From contig DATKYM010000004.1 in assembly GCA_035528495.1 (NCBI GenBank), positions 1-12,753 of the forward strand: a stretch of 12,753 nt of DNA, read 5' to 3'. Of the stretch, positions 6,861 to 12,753 are shown one piece after another. The DNA comes from Nitrosopumilaceae archaeon. Its GTDB lineage: Archaea > Thermoproteota > Nitrososphaeria > Nitrososphaerales > Nitrosopumilaceae. The translations under genes and the position numbers were made by a program. Positions within the stretch are counted from its first letter, which is position 1; each line of letters starts with the position of its first letter. The notes below the pieces were generated by a model. It did no database searches. It was not told where the DNA came from and saw only the letters and a list, made by a program, of their open reading frames with translations.

Positions 6861-7191
6861 ATTAGCAGAGAAAATTAAGAGTCGCAATTTGAAATGGGAA
6901 AATAAAAAATGGTTAAAGAAAAATTTGGTAGATATGGCTCAGCATTAGGCACCGAAAGTGGGAAAACTAAGTAAAGATTTTGTGGGAATTGTAAAAGAAA
7001 ATTTCAATTACGTCAATAGAAATTGGCTTTAATCGAATCATTATTTTTTACTTATAGTTGATAGACTTGTTTGCACCTACGATTCACATTTGAATTGATA
7101 TTGAAGACAATGTACCCGATTTTTGAATTTGTAAAAATTTTGGGAAAAATGTGCCTAAAATAACCAATATACACTAACTTTTTGTCAATTC

Positions 7192-7201
7192 TTTTAATAA
7201 A
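7192..7201 (+). promoter_or_regulatory. TATA-like box (TTTTAATAAA) for the response-regulator gene.
   Basis: The box is centred about 25 nt upstream of ATG 7222, which is consistent with a leaderless transcript. Confidence 0.4.
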
Positions 7202-7221
7202 CACACAGACATTCTTTCTTT

Positions 7222-7869
7222 ATGATAAGAGCAGTGGTAGTAGATGATGACAAAGATACAGTAGTTCTTTTTTCAGAGATTCTAGAAGGTAACAATATCA
7301 AAGTAATAGGAAGGGGGTATAATGGTCAAGAAGGAGCATTTCTGTATCAAAAATTAAAACCCGACGTGATTTTTTTAGACGTAATTATGCCAGTATATGA
7401 TGGCATTTATGGAATTACAAAAATCAGAGAAATGAATCCAGATGCCGTAGTAATTATCACCACAAATCAAATGACAATTAATGCCCAAATCGCATTAAAC
7501 AAGTTACGACCATCAGCGGTAATAAAAGAACCAATTGATGTAAATGAAATAATTAAAAAAGTAAATCAACTTTGTGCACCATCACTTGATTCAGAAAATC
7601 ACATGAAAAAAATAATGGTTACACTTGCAATCAAGAATACTCTTTTGGAGCTTGGAATTCACGAATATGATAAAATCGTGTCTCTTCTTCAGAAAGAGCA
7701 CAGTTGTACATTAGAAGATTGTTATGAAAATCCAGAATATTTGAGAAACATACTAAAAGATCTTTTTGGGGATTCGTATCCTGATATTTTAAATTCTCTT
7801 TCTGAAAATATGAAAGAGATTTTGACCCACCAAACTGTAAAAGACTTTTTCCAAGTACTGAATACATAA
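7222..7869 (+). CDS. Response regulator: a CheY-like receiver domain fused to an uncharacterised C-terminal helical domain of about 90 aa.
   Basis: Receiver landmarks are the acidic pocket VVVDDD (D8-D10), the phospho-acceptor in VIFLDVIMP (D53, nt 7378-7380), IITT (T80/T81) and K102 in VIKEP. The C-terminal part (residues from about 125 to 215, nt from about 7594 to 7866; ...LEDCYENPEYLRNILKDLFGDSYPDILNSL...) shows no HTH or enzymatic motif that I recognise. Confidence 0.85.
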   Translation: MIRAVVVDDDKDTVVLFSEILEGNNIKVIGRGYNGQEGAFLYQKLKPDVIFLDVIMPVYDGIYGITKIREMNPDAVVIITTNQMTINAQIALNKLRPSAVIKEPIDVNEIIKKVNQLCAPSLDSENHMKKIMVTLAIKNTLLELGIHEYDKIVSLLQKEHSCTLEDCYENPEYLRNILKDLFGDSYPDILNSLSENMKEILTHQTVKDFFQVLNT

Positions 7870-7883
7870 TCCATATTTCAAAA

Positions 7884-7894
7884 TTTTTATTTTT
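7884..7894 (+). terminator. Oligo-T tract (TTTTTATTTTT) downstream of the response-regulator gene.
   Basis: The tract starts 15 nt after the stop at 7869. Archaeal RNA polymerase terminates at T-runs. Confidence 0.3.
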
Positions 7895-7904
7895 ATCGCT
7901 AATC

Positions 7905-7912
7905 AATAAATA
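7905..7912 (+). promoter_or_regulatory. TATA-like box (AATAAATA) for the zinc-ribbon mini-gene.
   Basis: The box is centred about 25 nt upstream of ATG 7934. The spacing is the same as for the response-regulator gene. Confidence 0.4.
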
Positions 7913-7933
7913 GAGTAAAGAATTAGATTTTTC

Positions 7934-8077
7934 ATGGCAAATATGAAATGTGTATCATGTGGAATTGGTTTCTTTTCCCCAACAGGTTCAGATAAATGTT
8001 CCAGGTGTACCAGTACAGGCACAGAATCTCAAGGACATGAAGGTCATGACTCCTGTGGATGCGGACATAGCCACTAA
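7934..8077 (+). CDS. 47-aa zinc-ribbon mini-protein with a His/Cys-rich C-terminal tail (not in the supplied ORF track).
   Basis: The ORF runs from ATG to TAA and reads MANMKCVSCGIGFFSPTGSDKCSRCTSTGTESQGHEGHDSCGCGHSH. Two CxxC knuckles lie 12 residues apart (C6/C9, C22/C25), followed by the tail HEGHDSCGCGHSH. A TATA-like box lies at about -25 and a T6 run starts 4 nt after the stop. A second ATG at 7943 is an alternative start. Confidence 0.5.
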   Translation: MANMKCVSCGIGFFSPTGSDKCSRCTSTGTESQGHEGHDSCGCGHSH

Positions 8078-8080
8078 CCA

Positions 8081-8086
8081 TTTTTT
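8081..8086 (+). terminator. T6 run immediately downstream of the zinc-ribbon mini-gene.
   Basis: TTTTTT begins 4 nt after the TAA at 8075-8077. Confidence 0.3.
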
Positions 8087-8179
8087 ATCAATTCATCACA
8101 CCCCAAAAATCTATTAAAATATTAAAAAACAAGTTTATCAATAGCATTTTTTAATCAAAGATGGTTTGCATGCCAACAA

Positions 8180-8217
8180 CCAGAAAGGCATTAAAATTAA
8201 ATTTTGAGCCTTTCTGG
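8180..8217. terminator. Perfect 10-bp inverted repeat (CCAGAAAGGC, 18-nt spacer, GCCTTTCTGG) between convergent genes.
   Basis: The stem arms are 8180-8189 and 8208-8217, and the loop ATTAAAATTAAATTTTGA is AT-rich. The structure ends 1 nt from the argS stop (8219-8221, minus strand) and lies about 100 nt downstream of the plus-strand mini-gene. Confidence 0.35.
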
Positions 8218-8218
8218 A

Positions 8219-10105
8219 CTACATTTTATCCGGAGCAATAATACCTAACAAATCCAACGCTCTCTCAATTGTAAGTTTAAATGAAAAAACAAGACATAGC
8301 CGAGACTTTTCAAGATTCTTATCTCCAATATCCAACACTTTTACATTTTCGTAAAAAGAGTTGAATGCAACAGCCAAATCGTGACAATATCTGGAAATTA
8401 CTTTTGGAGATAAATTTCGTGCAGCATCTCTCACTTGAAGATCAAATAAACCAATTATCCTTACAAGACCAGTTTCATTAGGATCAGTCAATAGAGAAAA
8501 GTCAACATCTATTGATGGACGTAGTTCAGATTTTTCAATGATTCTAGTAGCTCTTGCATGAGTGTATTGAATGTATGGTGCAGTGTCACCCTCCAAACTA
8601 AGGGATTTTGAGAGGTCAAATGTAATAATTTTATCAAGATCTTGTTTTATCATCTCATATCGTAAAACCCCAACTGAAATTTGGTGTGCAGTCTTTTCTA
8701 TTTCAAGGGAATCCATCTCAGGATGTCGTTTTACAGTCTCCTCAATCGTTTTATTTTTTAATAAATCATATACACAATCTGCATTAACATAAAGTCCTTT
8801 TCGTCCTGACATCTGAGCTTGTTTTCCTTCTGTGTCAAATCCTACGACCTTTGCAGTCTCCGGACTAAGTGTTACAGATTCGTATCCCAAGTGGATATAT
8901 GCATCAGGGATTGATTTGAATTTCGACATTAGTGTTGTAATTATTTTTTGTAATCTTGCCTGTCTAGAATCAATCACTGTGATTACTTTATTGCCAGTAA
9001 AATTTTGTTTTGGCTCACTTGATCTATCAAGTGTGGTTTGCCAAAGAGTGTGATTATCAGGTTGTACTTTATTGTATTTTTTATAATTAAATGGATCCTC
9101 CAATAATCCTAGTTTCCAGGCCGCATATGGAATATCTTTGGCAATGTATGTGGCAGTGCCGTTGCTTCGTACTATTACCTTATCTTCTTCTTTTCCCTCG
9201 CCTCTAATTACCCAACATCCCAAATTCTCCCCCTCTTTTTCAAACTCTATTAATTTCATATTTTGAAGTTTTTCAAAGATTCTACCCCATAAACCAGAGC
9301 GAATTATCTGGGATTCATAATTTAGGCAGTCATAAGTAACACCCAGATTCCAACAGGTTTCTAGTTGATTTTCAAGTACTTTACCTGTAATTTTATCTGC
9401 AAACTGAGCAGTATCAGAATTGCTCTCTTCAAGTTCTTTGAGAACATTCTTGCGAACAGCCTCCAAACTAGAGTCATGTTCATACTTTTCTGTGGTTTTA
9501 ACATACACATCATCGCCACAATAATGATCAAATTTCTTGCCATCTGGAGGATCTAAAGAAATTCCAAAGTGTCTAAATCCCACTATAATGTCAGCTACCT
9601 GAAGACCTGAATCATCCACATAATTTAGGACGTTGACTCTATAGTTTGATTTTTTAAGTACTCTGGAAATAGTGTCGCCAATTATGATGTTTCTGATGTG
9701 TCCAATATGAAGAGCTTTGTTTGGATTAACACTAGTGTGTTCCACTACAACTGAAGAATTTCTCCCCAAATCCACTGAACCAAATTCATCTAAATAAGAT
9801 TCTGACAAGATTAATTGATTTAATTTTTTCCAATCTGCAAAAAAGTTAAGATATCCTGAAGGATGAGATTCTACTTTTGACACCAATGTGTGATTGAATT
9901 TAGAATATTTTTCAAATATTATTTTGGAAATTTCCTGTGGACTTTTTTTCAAATTTTTTGCCACCAAAAAAGAAATATTTGAGCTTACATCTCCAAATCC
10001 CGATTTGGCAGGTTCTACAGTAAATGGAATTTCAGGTAGGTTTAGATCAAGAATAATTTTGTGTAAATTATTTTCAATTTCATCTATAATTGATTTGAAG
10101 GCCAA
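8219..10105 (-). CDS. argS: Arginyl-tRNA synthetase (class I).
   Basis: The ORF is 628 aa. The HIGH motif occurs in HTSVNPNKALHIGHIRN, and the ArgRS-type KMSKS-equivalent loop is QMSGRKG. The C-terminal DALR-like anticodon-binding region includes ISRYCHDLAVAFNSFYE. The start appears to be TTG at 10105..10103, 2 nt after the stop of the upstream gene. There is no in-frame ATG until far inside the ORF. Confidence 0.95.
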   Translation of the reverse strand: MAFKSIIDEIENNLHKIILDLNLPEIPFTVEPAKSGFGDVSSNISFLVAKNLKKSPQEISKIIFEKYSKFNHTLVSKVESHPSGYLNFFADWKKLNQLILSESYLDEFGSVDLGRNSSVVVEHTSVNPNKALHIGHIRNIIIGDTISRVLKKSNYRVNVLNYVDDSGLQVADIIVGFRHFGISLDPPDGKKFDHYCGDDVYVKTTEKYEHDSSLEAVRKNVLKELEESNSDTAQFADKITGKVLENQLETCWNLGVTYDCLNYESQIIRSGLWGRIFEKLQNMKLIEFEKEGENLGCWVIRGEGKEEDKVIVRSNGTATYIAKDIPYAAWKLGLLEDPFNYKKYNKVQPDNHTLWQTTLDRSSEPKQNFTGNKVITVIDSRQARLQKIITTLMSKFKSIPDAYIHLGYESVTLSPETAKVVGFDTEGKQAQMSGRKGLYVNADCVYDLLKNKTIEETVKRHPEMDSLEIEKTAHQISVGVLRYEMIKQDLDKIITFDLSKSLSLEGDTAPYIQYTHARATRIIEKSELRPSIDVDFSLLTDPNETGLVRIIGLFDLQVRDAARNLSPKVISRYCHDLAVAFNSFYENVKVLDIGDKNLEKSRLCLVFSFKLTIERALDLLGIIAPDKM

Positions 10106-10107
10106 CT

Positions 10108-10803
10108 TTATACTCCCGATATTTGTGGAGCCAATTTATCTAGTGCCTCAATTACCCCATATCCAGATTTGCCAGATACAGTCATAGTTGCTTGATTTTT
10201 TACATCATCAAATGAATTTCCTAAGGCAATACTTGTTTTTGCAATTTTGAATAATGGAATGTCTGTGGCACTATCGCCAATTGCGATTACATCATCTGAA
10301 GAAATTGAAAGTCTCCGCATTATTTCTCTAAACCCCGTACCCTTATCTATTCCACTCGAGTTAATGTGAAAAGCATATTGACTATCAGATAGTGAAACAT
10401 CGAGGTTTTCCTTTAAGAGAATGTTCTTGGCCTTGTCGAGATCAAATGTTCTCTCCAAGACTACTTCAGTCATCCTTGGAAAAACTGGTTTTTTTACTAC
10501 GTTATCCATCTTATTTTGAATTAACTGAAATGCCTCCTCACATTTTTCTAAATTCCCTAACAAAACATGCTCATCTGAGCCCAACGTAATACATCCTCCA
10601 TTTTCCCCAACTGAGATTTTAGTAGTCCCTCCAAAAACAGATAGCAAGAATCCTTCAATTGAAGATCGCCCAGTTACAAAAATCACATTATGTCCAATGT
10701 TTGTTAAATGACGTAGTGCGCCGAGTGCCTCTAGATGAATCCTCCCACCTCCATTTTCTGTAATTGTTCCATCGATATCCACGGCAAAAGTTTTTGGATT
10801 CAT
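10108..10803 (-). CDS. HAD-superfamily phosphatase, archaeal phosphoglycolate phosphatase / SPP-like (Cof-type) subfamily.
   Basis: HAD motif I is FAVDIDGTITE, motif II is FVTGRS, the KG of the Cof-type loop is GIDKGTG, and motif IV is IGDSATD. I prefer the ATG at 10803 (MNPKTFAVDIDGT...), which places motif I at the usual distance from the N-terminus. The track's longer version begins at a TTG at 10854. Confidence 0.85.
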   Translation of the reverse strand: MNPKTFAVDIDGTITENGGGRIHLEALGALRHLTNIGHNVIFVTGRSSIEGFLLSVFGGTTKISVGENGGCITLGSDEHVLLGNLEKCEEAFQLIQNKMDNVVKKPVFPRMTEVVLERTFDLDKAKNILLKENLDVSLSDSQYAFHINSSGIDKGTGFREIMRRLSISSDDVIAIGDSATDIPLFKIAKTSIALGNSFDDVKNQATMTVSGKSGYGVIEALDKLAPQISGV

Positions 10804-11118
10804 AAGATTGATTTGAATAACCAGATAATAATTGCTACGAAAAAAATTTCCCAATATTGATTAGTACTCTCAAAAAATGAAAGTAATGGTAAGGAAAGGA
10901 ACTAGAGAGGAAATTTTTAGCCAAACAAGAGTTTCTAGAGAATCAAATCAGCATATGATTTTTTTTAGATATTTTAAAAAAATGAAAGAAACACCATTCC
11001 CAAAGTTTATCAAAGAGTTCAGTAATTTTCAAAAGATACCTACCTTTAGAATTATAATGATTGGAAAAAATAATACCAATTTATTTAAAAAAAATTCCAA
11101 ACAGGATAATGATTAAAG

Positions 11119-12228
11119 ATGGGTATTCCTGAAAAAATTAAGGCCATTCAAGATGAAATGAGTCGAACCCAAATTAACAAAGCTACAGAACATCATATAG
11201 GGATATTAAAAGCAAAGATTGCAAAGCTAAAAAGAGAACAAGAAGAAAATATTGTAAAAAAAAGTGGGATAAAACAAGATGGGTTTGATGTAAGAAGATC
11301 AGGAGACGCAACAATTGTATTCATAGGATTGCCAAGTGTAGGAAAATCAACATTACTTAACAAAATGACAGATGCAAAATCTGCTGTTGGTGCATTTCAA
11401 TTTACAACACTAACCGTAGTTCCCGGAATGATGGAACATAGAGGCGCCAGAATTCAAGTACTTGACCTCCCGGGAATAATAAAAGGGGCATCCTCAGGTA
11501 AAGGATTAGGAAAAAGAATTTTGTCTGTTGCAAGAACTGCAGACTTGGTTTTGCTTATGCTCGATGTATTCCAACCTTTTCATGAAGATGTATTGGTTAA
11601 TGAATTAGGAAATATAGGGATAAGATTGAACACTCTTCCTCCAAATATCACTATTGAAAAATCACCAATGGGAGGAATAGCAATAGCCCAACAAGTTAAA
11701 CTAACTAAAATTTCCGAGAAACATCTAAAGGATCTTTTACACATCTATGGTATCGTTAGCGCCAGGGTAGTAATTCGAGAAGATGTAACCTCCGAACAAG
11801 TAGCAGATCATATTGCAGGAAATATTAGTTATTCAAAATCCTTGACAATTTTAAATAAAATTGATTTGGTGGATAAAGAATTTCTTAAAGAATTAAAAAC
11901 AAAAATAAAATCGGATGTTATTGAAGTATCGGCAAATTCAGATATTAATATCGAATTACTTAAAGATAAAATTTATGAAAAATTAAATTTCATTCGAATT
12001 TACATGAGACCAAAGGGCGAAGAAACTGATTTCAAAGAACCGTTAATAGCAAGAGAAGGAGATACAGTAGAAGATATTTGTAATAAACTCCATAGAAATT
12101 TAAAAAAACAATTTAGATTTGGAATGGTTTGGGGGAAAAGTGTAAAATTCGGAGGACAAAGAGTGGGCTTAACCCATGTTTTATTGGATGAAGATGTATT
12201 AACTTTAATTAAAAAACGCGGAATGTAA
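11119..12228 (+). CDS. DRG-family (developmentally regulated) GTP-binding protein, OBG-like GTPase with a C-terminal TGS domain.
   Basis: The DRG-type N-terminus is KATEHHIGILKAKIAKLKRE. G1 is GLPSVGKSTLLN, G3 is DLPG and G4 is NKID. The TGS-like C-terminus reads GDTVEDICNKLHRNLKKQFRFGMVWGKSVKFGGQRVGLTHVLLDEDVL. An A/T-rich box (ATTTAAAA, 11083-11090) lies about 32 nt upstream. Confidence 0.9.
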   Translation: MGIPEKIKAIQDEMSRTQINKATEHHIGILKAKIAKLKREQEENIVKKSGIKQDGFDVRRSGDATIVFIGLPSVGKSTLLNKMTDAKSAVGAFQFTTLTVVPGMMEHRGARIQVLDLPGIIKGASSGKGLGKRILSVARTADLVLLMLDVFQPFHEDVLVNELGNIGIRLNTLPPNITIEKSPMGGIAIAQQVKLTKISEKHLKDLLHIYGIVSARVVIREDVTSEQVADHIAGNISYSKSLTILNKIDLVDKEFLKELKTKIKSDVIEVSANSDINIELLKDKIYEKLNFIRIYMRPKGEETDFKEPLIAREGDTVEDICNKLHRNLKKQFRFGMVWGKSVKFGGQRVGLTHVLLDEDVLTLIKKRGM

Positions 12229-12522
12229 AAAAATAATTTTACGAAATTAGATCAATTTAACGAACACAAATTAAAATTTCAAAGTAAATTATAACCAAAT
12301 CACAAAGGAAAATTGGCGGAAAGTGATATTTTCAAGATGATTTAGGTTAGAATTTACCAAAAAAATCAAAATTATTTTTCAAATAGATAAATAAAAAAAT
12401 AAACTTTAATTTTCCGATCATGTTATTTTTTTTTGGATAAAATTTCGTTGACAAATTGTAATCAGTTTGTGTAATTTTCTTTAGTTTAATAATAGAATAA
12501 CGATGAAAATTGGAAAACACTA

Positions 12523-12753
12523 ATGGCTATAAAAAGAAAAGCTGCAACTAAACGTAGATCTACTGCAAAAAAAGCAGCTCCTAAAAGAAAAGCAGCTCCA
12601 AAGAGAACAGCAGCAAAAAAAGCAGCTCCAAAGAGAACAGCAGCAAAAAAAGCAGCTCCAAAGAGAACAGCAGCAAAAAAAGCAGCTCCAAAGAGAACAG
12701 CAGCAAAAAAAGCAGCTCCAAAGAGAACAGCAGCAAAAAAAGCAGCTCCAAAG
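12523..12753 (+). CDS. Edge-truncated ORF (first 77 codons) encoding a Lys/Ala/Pro-rich, histone-H1-tail-like repeat protein.
   Basis: The ORF is absent from the track because it has no stop inside the window. It reads MAIKRKAATKRRSTAKKAAPKRKAAPKRTAAKKAAPKRTAAKK... with the decapeptide AAPKRTAAKK repeated to the window end. A TATA-like TTTAATAATA (12485-12494) lies about 33 nt upstream. Confidence 0.65.
   Translation, partial: MAIKRKAATKRRSTAKKAAPKRKAAPKRTAAKKAAPKRTAAKKAAPKRTAAKKAAPKRTAAKKAAPKRTAAKKAAPK
12591..12753 (+). repeat. Perfect 30-bp tandem repeat (AGCAGCTCCAAAGAGAACAGCAGCAAAAAA), 5 full copies plus 13 nt, running off the window.
   Basis: The units are 12591-12620, 12621-12650, 12651-12680, 12681-12710 and 12711-12740, plus a partial unit 12741-12753, and all are identical by direct reading. 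A shorter degenerate unit (AGCAGCTCCTAAAAGAAA, 12573-12590) precedes them. The repeat is in frame (10 codons per unit). Confidence 0.95.

Noticed and set aside
4139-7130. The 11-mer TTTTTGAATTT occurs three times in intergenic DNA (4139-4149, 5858-5868, 7120-7130), each upstream of a plus-strand gene.
   Set aside because: The distances to the downstream starts are inconsistent (about 170, 70 and 100 nt). Similar T/A-rich variants occur elsewhere, so it is most likely a compositional coincidence.
7631-7906. Track ORF 7631..7906 (-).
   Set aside because: It is antisense to the C-terminal domain of the response regulator and has no motif or promoter context.
8571-10187. Track ORFs 8571..8792, 8832..9053, 9365..9556 and 9894..10187 (+), and 9361..9543 (-).
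   Set aside because: All lie inside or antisense to argS, which is identified with high confidence.
10392-10589. Track ORF 10392..10589 (+).
   Set aside because: It is antisense to the HAD phosphatase gene.
10804-10854. The 17-codon N-terminal extension of the HAD gene from TTG 10854 (MGNFFRSNYYLVIQINL).
   Set aside because: The ATG at 10803 places the DxDGT nucleophile motif 8-10 residues from the N-terminus, as is typical for HAD phosphatases. The extension is an A/T-rich translation with no signal-peptide logic.
10877-11116. Track ORF 10877..11116 (+), 79 aa, ending 2 nt before the DRG start.
   Set aside because: It fills the divergent promoter region between the HAD and DRG genes. Its Phe/Lys/Asn-rich composition is typical of translated A/T spacer, and it would cover the candidate DRG TATA box. 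It cannot be fully excluded without conservation data.
12503-12523. A 6-codon uORF (MKIGKH) whose TAA overlaps the ATG of the Lys/Ala/Pro-repeat gene (TAATG).
   Set aside because: The best TATA-like box (12485-12494) would place the TSS downstream of the uORF start, so it is probably not transcribed as part of the mRNA.
1-12753. Search for C/D-box sRNAs (RUGAUGA...CUGA), CRISPR repeats, rRNA or tRNA, and IS or integrase genes.
   Set aside because: All TGATGA occurrences (e.g. about 705, 2329, 7245, 5339) lie inside coding frames and lack correctly spaced D/D' boxes. There are no spaced direct repeats of CRISPR type and no transposase- or integrase-like ORF.

Overview
This is an AT-rich archaeal chromosomal segment with about 14 supportable protein genes. 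I found no rRNA, tRNA, CRISPR array or transposase or integrase. The gene content includes a TFB transcription factor, a DRG-type GTPase with a TGS domain, a class-I arginyl-tRNA synthetase, an archaeal-type HAD phosphatase and a CheY-like receiver protein. TATA-like boxes sit about 25 nt upstream of several start codons, and several genes appear to start with TTG. Together with the composition, this fits an ammonia-oxidising thaumarchaeon (Nitrosopumilales-like), which is my inference and was not searched. The right half (argS, HAD phosphatase, DRG GTPase, TFB) is ordinary housekeeping. No recognisable defence, toxin-antitoxin or mobile system is present. The parts that deserve a second look are: (1) a Met/Cys/Trp-free coiled-coil protein with a duplicated N-terminal module; (2) a TFB paralog, an orphan response regulator with an unrecognised output domain, and an untracked 47-aa zinc-ribbon/His-Cys-tail mini-protein, all on one strand; (3) a membrane-anchored, divergent GH5-like hydrolase with raised GC; (4) a degenerate direct repeat that copies the GH5 gene tail 1.8 kb downstream and brackets a small-gene cassette; (5) two edge-truncated ORFs missing from the supplied track, namely a possible ESCRT-III-like gene at the left edge and a histone-H1-like Lys/Ala/Pro-repeat gene built from perfect 30-bp tandem repeats at the right edge. 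All family assignments come from motif recognition by eye, without database searches.
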